A stretch of 63,308 bases of DNA, filler included, from Lenisia limosa (taxonomy: Eukaryota > Protista > Breviatea): the NCBI GenBank assembly GCA_001655205.1. It is 13 parts of 13 records of this genome, joined end to end, with 100 filler letters (N's around TTAATTAATTAA, not from the genome) between each part and the next. Parts side by side here need not be neighbours in the genome. Positions count along the whole stretch, not along the records: positions 9,740 to 16,257 come from LPNZ01009153.1; positions 16,358 to 19,800 come from LPNZ01010528.1; positions 19,901 to 22,782 come from LPNZ01011210.1; 10 more parts are not named here. One strand, written 5' to 3'. Position numbers and translations under genes: made by a program. Positions 12,701 to 22,882 of this stretch are shown piece by piece. Within the stretch, counting starts at the first letter, position 1, and each line of letters opens with the position of its first letter. The notes beneath the pieces were generated by a model. The model did no database searches. It was given only the letters and a program-made list of their open reading frames with translations, and was not told the DNA's origin.

Positions 12701-14640
12701 NNNNNNNNNNNNNNNNNNNNNNNNNNNNNNNNTTCAGTCTTTTTTTCGAACCGAAGGGAAAGCCTAACTTTTTTTCATTAAATTACTAAATATGTATAGC
12801 ATTACACATATCATATAATATAACAATGAGAAATAAAACAAAAACAAGGCTGCATCTGGACGAAGCCATCCAATCTCACCTTGCTGCTAAATTGTACGAA
12901 GGTGCCCCGAGGTTCGCGGGGATGGTAGAATCTAGGACAATGTGAAGGGGTTAAGAGATGATGATTAGGAGTTCCCTACTGTCCCAAAAAAAGACCGAAT
13001 CTCTCGATAAATCCTCGATAAATATCGATATTTAAACGGTCTTTTTCGGACCATTGGAAAGCCCTAATTTTGATAATTGGGAGACGATGTGCTGAATTAT
13101 GACCAGGGGTGATATAAACTAAATCACCATTCGGTCTTGCTTTATTTCTCACCTCGCTATATCTATACCAGTGACCGGGATAAGACTTAACCGATTTTCT
13201 TTGGGTAATCACATAGCAAATCGGTCAAAACTTATCCCAATCACCATCATTTAAATATATGTAGTATTAGTATAGCCTACACAACCCACCTATCGAAAGC
13301 CGCTGCCGTAATGTTGAGGCGTTGGGGGAAGTAATAGTTGAGAACTCAGGAGATACAACCAATCTTAATGGTAACAACAATTTTTATTTCAAATTGAGAA
13401 TTTTTTGATGTAGTAGTTCTACATTTTTTTTCAAAGTCATCTTGAAAGGAAAATAATTGTAAAGGTGAGAGTGAAAAAAGAAGTCTCAAATTGAAATAAA
13501 AACTGACAAAAAAGACTCACAAAATAAACAAAGAGCTGCATTTGCTTACACTGGTGACGGGACTCTTTCAGACTTAGCCTCGGGTTTTGTATGGGGCTCC
13601 AGTCCCGCTTCTTGCAAGAGCTGGAAAGTCATTTGTACCTTGAAGTCCCAAATATTTCGATAAATCCTCAATAAAATATCGATATTTATTGGTCTTTACC
13701 AAAGTGAAGCCTTATTTGCAACTGTTTGGGCACTGCAACCATAGTATATGGCCTCATATCCACAAGTGATATGATATGCCATATGACCGACTTTCGATTC
13801 AACATGTAGAACATGGTGGCTGACCCCCCCCCCCTATGCCCTTCCCCCTTCCCCGTTCCAAAAAACACCCTAAAAACCAGATTTCAAATGAAAAAAAATA
13901 GATAATATCTTCTTTCTATCAAGAGATATCGAATGGGAGTTACTCCTTCAACCCCNNNNNNNNNNNNNNNNNNNNNNNNNNNNNNNNNNNNNNNNNNNNN
14001 NNNNNNNNNNNNNNNNNNNNNNNNNNNNNNNNNNNNNNNNNNNNNNNNAGGAAAACCCTGGGTGCTTAATAAAAGTGTCTGAGATGGCATTCTTATGTAA
14101 TTTCAAAAAAAAAAATTGAAATAATTGCCAAATTCCTGGTAAAAAGCTAAAATGTTGAAGGTGTTTCGAGCAAATATTCAATACAATTCTCTCAGGGAGT
14201 ATCATTGGAAATTAAAAAACAACCAAAAAAAGCCCAAAATCAACTCTGTTGGCTTACAGCAACACACTTATCGAAGATTTATTAAGGATTTTGATAATCC
14301 ATTAACTCACCTGCTTTTGATGCACTTCGGCTTGACGAAGGGACGCCCGAAGAGTTCGTAATTCATCGTAGTACACTGACCTGCCAGGTCACCCGATATA
14401 TTTGCTGATATTGTGTTCTATATCCATCTGTGATATGTTAACCCATATCCACTAGTAATATGATCATATGACCGACTTACTTGTCGAAATGATGAAAAAA
14501 GATAACACAAGGGTTTAGAAATTGTGGCAATTATCGTACAATTTCCTTCGTTACCCCCCCCCCCTTCCAATTCGTACCGTTTGGAGGAGATTCCACTCGG
14601 TGACGAAGATCGAGACATTCCTGAGTAACCTTAGAGCAGA
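9740..14640 (-). CDS. Unidentified many-exon protein with coiled-coil-like segments (partial)
   Basis: Short AG/GT-bounded open exons such as VTQECLDLRHRVESPPN, SVYYDELRTLRASLRQAEVHQKQ, VLEAIIAKLRQQITDSQ and VELEEELRQSRFNFRS; no family recognised. Confidence 0.45.
10305..10397 (-). repeat. Family B splice-site-associated repeat (sense, upstream of a putative acceptor)
   Basis: tttgtttcataaattttcatttttactcccc followed by ttttccag. Confidence 0.55.
10984..11119. mobile_element. MITE family A'
   Basis: aggcctctgtgcaattaatt...aattaattacacgaagccc. Confidence 0.6.
12416..12514. mobile_element. MITE family A, subfamily 2 (TIR AGGGCTTCCCTACAGTCC)
   Basis: agggcttccctacagtcccaaaaaagac...ggaccgtagggaatccct; the same ctcgataaatcctcgataaat core as family A. 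Confidence 0.7.
12966..13066. mobile_element. MITE family A, subfamily 2
   Basis: ttaggagttccctactgtccc...ggaccattggaaagccctaa. Confidence 0.65.
13169..13245. mobile_element. MITE family C (about 76 bp, TIR CAGTGACCGGGATAAG)
   Basis: cagtgaccgggataag...cttatcccaatcacc; copies at 19247, 20700, 20870, 36202, partial at 43628. Confidence 0.65.
14426..14540 (+). repeat. Family D dispersed repeat
   Basis: gatatgttaacccatatccactagtaatatgatcatatgaccgac...gaaatgatg matches 13745, 23684-23895 (minus) and 35300. Confidence 0.65.
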
Positions 14641-15295
14641 AGTGAGGGAAAAAAGAGAAAAAAAAGGGGCACTAAAAGTAAATGGAACCGGGGAAAAGCG
14701 AGAAGTGGAATGTGAAAAAATCAAGTCGGTAAGAATGTGAGTATTTTCATGGAAATTGTATTTTTGTAAGAAGGTATGAATCTGGCCGAAGACATCCGCA
14801 CCATCATTGTTTCCCTAGATCTCTTATGTTTATTATTTCTCTTGTTCAAAAAAAAAACACCATCATGCTTATCAGAAATATTAGACTGGAGCATGGCTAT
14901 GACTTTTGTTTGAGAAGGTCTGTCATACTACGTTTTGAATGGAACATGTACCAATATCTCAAAATATTTTGACCCACTGGATTTCAAACTTGCTTTTTAT
15001 GGAGATTATTTGAAAATGTTTCAATTTGTTCCCGTCAGTATATTCCAGTAGTATGAGTACGTTCAATATTTCTTTTCATTGTGAACCCACTCACTATAAA
15101 AAAGAAGATCACATTATCTCCTCTTCTTGTAGAACTCTAGTGGGCGATTCTATATATCGAACGGATATGATACATATGATCCTTCCTTCATCTACGCTTC
15201 TCTTCCCTGCATCGGCTCTTCTTTCTTCTCTCTTTATAGTTATTATTAGAATTATCACTTTGGACAGGGGGAGGGCGGGACAGAGCACTGGAGAG

Positions 15296-15329
15296 CCGAA
15301 AAAGTGGCGTGATTGCGCGAGTTGGCGTA
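15296..15329. promoter_or_regulatory. Conserved GC-rich motif upstream of PP2A-A
   Basis: CCGAAAAAGTGGCGTGATTGCGCGAGTTGGCGTA, near-identical to 4746-4782. Confidence 0.55.
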
Positions 15330-15550
15330 GTTACAGAACCGATCAAAGATCGTGGGTCCAAAAATATTATTGGAAGAAAATCAATCCTCTTTCTCAGCAT
15401 AATACTGCGTAGTAGAGTGATTTCAAGTAGATAGAGATAGTTTTGACAAGAATTGGTATTTCACTTTTTTTGTTTGTTTAGGTACATTTACTGTTGTAAT
15501 ATTGCGTTTCAAGTCAACTTTAAGAACGTATAGCTATAAACAGAGTCAAG

Positions 15551-16222
15551 ATGCCTAATCTTGGTATGTTGCTGAGATAGCAAAGTTTTCCAACTTACTT
15601 GCAGAAGAACCCAGTGAAGATGCCGTCTACGCAGTTGCCGTCTTGATTGACGAACTTAAAACAGAGGATGTACAACAAAGAGTTGGTTTCTGACATTCCT
15701 AAAGCATTTTTGTACTGCCTATTCCCTAGAATTGTGAAATCGATCGGATAATGGGCTTTAGTTGAACTCAGTTCGAGGCCTGAGCACAATTGCCCTTGTT
15801 TTGGGCGCTGAAAGAACCCGTGCTGAGCTCATTCCTTTCCTGAATGGTTTGTTTTCTTTAAAACAGATAGCATTGCGGGCGTTCCCTTTCTCACCATGGT
15901 TTAGACTCCGTTGATGATGAGGATGAGGTGCTTCTTGCCCTTGCTGAGGAGCTTGGTGGCTTTGTTGAGTACGTAGGAGGCGTTGCCCATGCCCCAGTCA
16001 TCCTTCCCCTCCTCGAGTCCATTGCCTCTGCTGAAGAAACCGTTGTTCGTGACAAGGTTTGAGGATCTAGATGTTCTTCAGGCACTCTCCAACCTTTATA
16101 AGACCTCCCAAAACCTCTTTCGTTAAATCACCAAACAGACTGTTGAGTCGCTCTGCAAGATCTGCGAGCAACTCTCTGCTGAGCAAGCTAATGAGCACTT
16201 TATTCCTATTATTCAGAGATTG
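15551..16222 (+). CDS. PPP2R1A: Protein phosphatase 2A scaffold subunit A (HEAT repeats), 5' part
   Basis: Spliced exons: [19 protein letters not shown]|[28 protein letters not shown]|[18 protein letters not shown]...EETVVRDK|TVESLCKI; truncated by scaffold end. Confidence 0.95.
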
Positions 16223-17137
16223 GTAAGAGGGGATGCGGTTCGTAGATTCGCAATTTGNNNNNNNNNNNNNNNNNNNNNNNNNNNNNNNNNNNNNNNNNNN
16301 NTTAATTAATTAANNNNNNNNNNNNNNNNNNNNNNNNNNNNNNNNNNNNNNNNNNNNAACTCGGAGTGGAGTGGGGTAATATTATATGATATGATATGTG
16401 TGTATGGCTAGCCATACGTGGGGGTGCACATCAGGGGTTTATCAATGGAGAATGTTTCTACAGCTCCAAGTTAGAATTCCATGTACTTTTATAACTGGAT
16501 GTTTTTAACAATAACCGAACCATCAAATTCTACCGTTCTCCCATTTCCCCCCTAAATGACTTGGTCTAGGGCCGTGTTGAATACGTCGAATTCCAGGGTG
16601 TGAAGAACATGTATGGAGCTGCCCACTGTGCTACTCAGGTTCGGGAGGGGTATATTTCTTTATCTTGTTTTGTTGTTTCGTTTCATCTGAGTTGACTCGG
16701 GNNNNNNNNNNNNNNNNNNNNNNNNNNNNNNNNNNNNNNNNNNNNNNNNNNNNNNNNNNNNNNNNNNNNNNNNNNNNNNNNNNNNNNNNNNNNNNNNNNN
16801 NNNNNNNNNNNNNNNNNNNNNNNNNNNNNNNNNNNNNNNNNNNNNNNNNNNNNNNNNNNNNNNNNNNNNNNNNNNNNNNNNNNNNNNNNNNNNNNNNNNN
16901 NNNNNNNNNNNNNNNNNNNNNNNNNNNNNNNNNNNNNNNNNNNNNNNNNNNNNNNNNNNNNNNNNNNNNNNNNNNNNNNNNNNNNNAAAAAAAAAGAAAC
17001 TGTCATCCAAGGTCGTCTCTGTCACTCCCAGGTTTTTTTGTTATAATTTTGAATTTTTGCTTCTGTTTTTTTTTTGCTGTCAGTTTGCTGTGCTGTGTAG
17101 CTGTGAATGGTTGTGTAGGTGTCCTAATAATAACAGC

Positions 17138-19795
17138 AGCAAAGTCGTGGGAAGAGATATCTCTGTAAAGGCAACCATGGAGGGTGATCAAGGGGTAGAG
17201 GTAGTTGTGAATCCTACCCCCGCGAATGATGAAACGCCAGCTGTTGTTGATCAGACTGATGTCAAAGTCGAAGAGCCAAAGGCAAAAGAGGAGGCAGAAA
17301 CTGTTCCCAGCATGGGTGATCAAGGGGTTGAAGAAGATGCCAGTTCTACTCCCGCGAATGACGAAGCACCAGCTGTAGTTTGCCAGGCTGAAGATATTAA
17401 AGGCGAAGAGCCAAAGGCGGAGGCAAAGGAGGAAGGAGATGCCCCAAAATCGGTTCCTAGTAACGATGAGAATAATGTAGAAGCCACTGAGGAGGCTGTT
17501 GCTCCTTCCAAAGAAGTTGAAGAGAATAAGGAACAGACAGAAGCGAATGAAGATTCAAAGGAAGAGAACAAGGACGAAAAAGCCAAGTCTCCATCCCCGC
17601 GTAAAGACGCTAAAAGGTTTCCCTCCTTTTTTGTATCCTTAACATGTCATATAGGTCACGAAGCAGGTCGAGGAGCCCCCGTAAGTCCCGTAGCTCTCCC
17701 AGCCGTAAACGTTCCAGATCTAGAGGTGAGCTGTGTTATGATGCATGTCATTTTTGTTGTTGTTCTTTTGTTGTCCTTCTTCTTGTCTTTTTATTTCATG
17801 ATATTGATAATGTTGGGTCTTTTAAGGGTGTTTTATTACTAATGCTTTCTCCACATCAAAGGGTAAATAAGGGAATCTATTTTATGTTATGCTATTTAAA
17901 ACACGTTGAAATTATTAGTGTGTGAAATTGATTTCTGTTTGTAATATGTTCACTTCAAACTTGAAATATTATTTAATTCATTTATTTCAGACCATAAAAA
18001 GACTAAACGATAAGAAATACACTTATTAATAGACATCTTACTTGTTGAACACTGTTCATAGTAATTGCTTCCCACGTCCAACCACATTATTACATTTGCA
18101 CCTTCTTTTATTTTAGAATAAACAACCACACTTTTATATTTCCTTCAACTTTCACCCTGTATATAGATCGGTCGAGTCCAAGAAGGCGATCACGGTGGGA
18201 GGGTGAATATTGGCTGTTCGCTCTGGTTTAAAAAAATGCTGTTGGTTTTGGACGCTCCCAAAAAAGACCGAATTTCTCGATAAATCCTCGATGAATTGAT
18301 ATTTCCCTGGTCTTTTTCGGACGGCAGGGAATACCAACGTTGACAGTGTTAATTCACGAAGGGAAATAAGTCAGCGTCTATGTATGGCGTTCATCACCCA
18401 AACCCCCCATTCTTGGATTCTTCATAGGTGTATAAGTCCCATTTACACTCTATTGGTCGAACGGGAACCCCTATTTCTAAGGACACCCTATTTATTACTT
18501 TATCAAGGTTGACTTTAAATCAAGGCTTATCACTATTTATATCACTTTAGATCACGACTATTTCTCACACTGTAGGTCAAGGCATCGGTCAAGATCACGC
18601 GATCGCAGGCGGTCGTCTCGTAGCCCCAGGTGAGACGATTAACCCAATAATAAAATGTGCTGTTAGAATAATATTGTACTTTTCCCACATCTTGCGTTAT
18701 GGTGTGGGCGGCTTCAGCCAGATTCTATGTTGTTTTTTTCTCATTATCTCACAATAAAATAATTTTGTACAGTTCTATTAACTCATGGTCTGAATACTCT
18801 TCACAATTCATATTCTCAAAATACCTAATTATGTCAAAATAATTTACTTTTGTTCCTCAAATATATTTTTTTTCTTTCTATGACATCAAAGTAACATTAG
18901 CTAACACTATATTCCAATATCTCTAAAGCTATAGGATGGCTTCGTCCAGATACAACGTTGTATATTTATCTCTAGTATTTATATAACATCAAGTAATTAA
19001 TACTCATGTTCACAAAAAAAGTTAATTAATTTATTACCCATCCCGAAAGAATTATTCTATCATGTCTACAAAATCAATTACCTCCCTCTTGCAAAATCAA
19101 TCAATTTATCATGTTTGTAAGTTAATTCTGACTGCGCGTAGACGCCACAGTTCGCGTGACCGCTATTCAAGATCGTACAGATCCTCTTCCTCTTCTTAGT
19201 GGGGAGGAGGGGTGGCGGGTACCATATTTATAGATTTCCATTTTTGCACTGACCGGGATAATTCTTTACCGATTTGCTATGTGATTCCCCAAGGAAAATT
19301 GATCAAGACTTATCCCGGTCATTATAGTATATCATATCATACATATACGTATAACTAGGCTTCACTCAGATTCGAAAAAGGAGTGCATCTTTTTCTTACT
19401 TTCTTTTGTTCAAAAACAAAAATAAATTATTATTTCAGTCGATCATCTTCGAGGAGATCTTCCCACTACAGTCGAAGCAGGTTTGTGTACTGGACTATAA
19501 TTTGGTTTTTATTATCTTCCTTTTATTNNNNNNNNNNNNNNNNNNNNNNNNNNNNNNNNNNNNNNNNNNNNNNNNNNNNNNNNNNNNNNNNNNNNNNNNN
19601 NNNNNNNNNNNNNNNNNNNNNNNNNNNNNNNNNNNNNNNNNNNNNNNNNNNNNNNNNNNNNNNNNNNNNNTTTTAAATTTTCGGTGGCAACTTTTGTTTA
19701 CTTAAATTTTCATTATTTCCAAGCCAACTATTCAGTTACTACGGCGGCAGGAGGCGGTCTAGATCTCGCGATCGCAGATCATCACGCTATTCAAG
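17138..19795 (+). CDS. Acidic plus RS-rich protein, possibly splicing-related (partial)
   Basis: Long Glu/Ala-rich exon with an internal repeat (GDQGVE...TPANDE.PAVV twice), then short in-frame exons SRSRSRSPRKSRSS, DRSSPRRRSR, SRHRSRSRDRRRSSRSPR, RSSSRRSSHYSRSR and YYGGRRRSRSRDRRSSRYSR. Confidence 0.6.
19247..19323. mobile_element. MITE family C
   Basis: cactgaccgggata...cttatcccggtcatt. Confidence 0.65.
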
Positions 19796-20018
19796 GTCAA
19801 NNNNNNNNNNNNNNNNNNNNNNNNNNNNNNNNNNNNNNNNNNNNTTAATTAATTAANNNNNNNNNNNNNNNNNNNNNNNNNNNNNNNNNNNNNNNNNNNN
19901 AGTGATGATGATGGGGATGATAGTGGTGATGATGATGTTGATGATGATGATGATGGGGATAGTTCTGCATGATGCATTATCCACAACAAACTCATTGCGT
20001 TCCACTCACGTCATTTTT

Positions 20019-22661
20019 TCCAGGTAAAAAGGTCAAATTTGCCAAGCCCGGTACAGCCAAAACAGACAGGGTCGTTTCTCAGGTGGCTCACTTCGAGGAC
20101 TTCATCTTCTACCTGAGGGTGGGGGACGGGGACAAGAAAATAGACCAAAAAAATCTAGAGAAATAAGAATACATAGGGATACCATCAAAAATATCACTAT
20201 AAATATCGCGTGTGGAGAGGCGGCTTTGTTAAAAATAACTTTCAGAGGACAAAATATAAACAGGAATAACGTTACATGAGNNNNNNNNNNNNNNNNNNNN
20301 NNNNNNNNNNNNNNNNNNNNNNNNNNNNNNNNNNNNNNNNNNNNNNNNGGGCTATTTGTTTTGTTATCAACCCTTGTGTGTTGTCAGTTAACAGAGTTGT
20401 TTTGGGCTTTTTTTGTTTCATAAATTTTCCAATGTTACCCCCAGTTTCAGATTATTCGGTTCGTGATTAATACCTATTCTGCATCGAAATTGCCTTCGTT
20501 TTACTTCCCCCCCCCCCCAGGNNNNNNNNNNNNNNNNNNNNNNNNNNNNNNNNNNNNNNNNNNNNNNNNNNNNACGGCGTGCGGCCGCAGTATTTACTGA
20601 GCGCTGCAGACTACCAGCGCTGGCTGAGGGTCCAGGAAATGAACACCGAACTACCCGAAGGCCACGAGTTCATGGTGAGGGGAGGGGGGTGATTAGGTAC
20701 AGTTACCGGGATAAATTTTGACCGATTTGTTATGATTAACCAAGGAAAATCGGTCAAAATTTATACCGGTAACTGAAAATTTAGGAACCGGAGGGATTAA
20801 AGACGTTTTATCCATGACATTATTGATAAGAGGGGGGGTAGTGATGGATGATTGGGGTTGTATATGGATACTGTGACCAGGAAAAGTCTTTATTTTCCTT
20901 GGAAAATCTAATTGCAAATCGGTCAAGACTTATCGCGGTGTGTACAATTAGTTTTTTATTTCCCCCGTATTTTACCTCGGCTCCCAGCCTTCCGTCCCCT
21001 CAGAAGACAGGGCTGCTCACAACGCCTTCGTAACAAAGAACTTCCAGAAAATCGTGGGTTGGGGTGTTGTTTCAGAAAGTGTTTTCTTTGTTACACTGCA
21101 CTCCTCTAATTAGGGCTTCACTTCGGTTCGAAAGACTTAATAAATCCTCGAAAACTATCGATATTTTGCCGGTCTTTATCAACCCCCAATCCTTCCTACT
21201 GTATTACCCCCTCCGCAGTCCCTAGCATCATGGCTCTCCGTTTGCCTCCAGATCATCCGAACGTTCGCCCTGGTCCAAGCCTCGCCAAAACGCTTCAAAA
21301 CGCTGCCGGGATTGATCCAGGTGCGTCTCTACACACCGGCTGACAATCCCCGATAAACCCTCGATAAATCCTCGATAAATCCCCGATAAATCCTCCTTAA
21401 AAATGGATTAATCCTCGAGATAACCTCTTTGAACCCTCGATAAAACCTCGATTTACCCTCGTNNNNNNNNNNNNNNNNNNNNNNNNNNNNNNNNNNNNNN
21501 NNNNNNNNNNNNNNNNNNNNNNNNNNNNNNNNNNNNNNNNNNNNNNNNNNNNNNNNNNNNNNNNNNNNNNNNNNNNNNNNNNNNNNNNNNNNNNNNNNNN
21601 NNGCTACTCGTAAGGGGGGTATGAAGACAATAATTGAGGAATTCGTTTCATGTGATATGCACAGCCTCTGCTGTAGAAATTTAACCATCTCCACAGCCCC
21701 TTCATATTAATTCATACAAATTAATAACGTTATGCTGTTTTATTTAGCCCAATAAATGTTCAATTCTTACCCNNNNNNNNNNNNNNNNNNNNNNNNNNNN
21801 NNNNNNNNNNNNNNNNNNNNNNNNNNNNNNNNNNNNNNNNNNNNNNNNNNNNNNNNNNNNNNNNNNNNNNNNNNNNNNNNNNNNNNNNNNNNNNNNNNNN
21901 NNNNNNNNNNNNNNNNNNNNNNNNNNNNNNNNNNNNNNNNNNNNNNNNNNNNNNNNNNNNNNNNNNNNNNNNNNNNNNNNNNNNNNNNNNNNNNNNNNNN
22001 NNNNNNNNNNNNNNNNNNNNNNNNNNNNNNNNNNNNNNNNNNNNNNNNNNNGCCGTTTTGCTCCATTGGCTCTCAGTACACTATCGGAAAGTCAACCCCA
22101 CGTCAAAGGTCTGATAATCAACACCACGGATATGACGAATATCTGGTCGAAGCAGTCCACTTCAAGGATAATATAATATCTGTCATATTGGTCACATTGG
22201 TGTTACACACTATCATATGTTTTGCTGCATTACGGTTCAGTCAATTTAACTTTCCCTCTGGTCCGGAAAATGAAAATATTGATATTTATCGAGAATTCAA
22301 CCCCATCCTTAACTTATACCCCCATCCTTAACTTATACCACCGTTGATTTTGGGCTCTTTTTTTTTTNNNNNNNNNNNNNNNNNNNNNNNNNNNNNNNNN
22401 NNNNNNNNNNNNNNNNNNNNNNNNNNNNNNNNNNNNNNNNNNNNNNNNNNNNNNNNNNNNNNNNNNNNNNNNNNNNNNNNTTGGTTTTCCTACTAACCTC
22501 TCACTTACTTAAATTCCCCTTTCTAGGTACTTCCAGGTTTGCTAAATTGAATATAATGACCCCCCAGAAGTCAATCCTGAATTTCGGCTCGGATCTTCAG
22601 GATGGTCACGTCATCGCCTCCCTCCTCCTCAGTCATGTGCCATCCCTGGATATCCTTGCGG
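20019..22661 (+). CDS. CFAP47: Cilia- and flagella-associated protein 47-like, internal fragment including CH domain
   Basis: Exons GVRPQYLLSAADYQRWLRV, VLLHWLSVHYRKV and SILNFGSDLQDGHVIASLLLSHVPSL match, in order, my recollection of the CFAP47 segments (PEFLL...DYKRW; ILLSWMN; VNFDKDLSDGLV). Confidence 0.7.
20349..20444 (+). repeat. Family B repeat (sense), followed by a subfamily G copy at 20474-20520 that ends at the acceptor
   Basis: aacagagttgttttgggcttttttgtttcataaattttccaatgttacccccag; then ttgccttcgttttactt-C12-ag. Confidence 0.7.
20700..20775. mobile_element. MITE family C
   Basis: ta|cagttaccgggataaa...tttataccggtaactg, near-perfect TIRs. Confidence 0.75.
21345..21461 (+). repeat. 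Minisatellite of about 12-bp units (CCTCGATAAAT-like)
   Basis: ccccgataaaccctcgataaatcctcgataaatccccgataaatcc...; the unit equals the core of MITE family A. Confidence 0.75.
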
Positions 22662-22685
22662 GTGGGAGGTGTTGGATATCCTTGC

Positions 22686-22782
22686 GGGCTTCACTGCGGT
22701 CCGAAAATACCGCTAAAATATCGATAGATTTTGAATTTTTCCGAGAAATTCAGTCTTTTTTTCGAACCGAAGTGAAACCTTA
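22686..22782. mobile_element. MITE family A
   Basis: gggcttcactgcggtccgaaaa...ttttcgaaccgaagtgaaacctta. Confidence 0.7.
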
Positions 22783-22882
22783 NNNNNNNNNNNNNNNNNN
22801 NNNNNNNNNNNNNNNNNNNNNNNNNNTTAATTAATTAANNNNNNNNNNNNNNNNNNNNNNNNNNNNNNNNNNNNNNNNNNNN

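Noticed and set aside
21345-21461. CRISPR-like regular repeats
   Set aside because: No unique spacers, eukaryotic intron context and no cas genes; this is a minisatellite.
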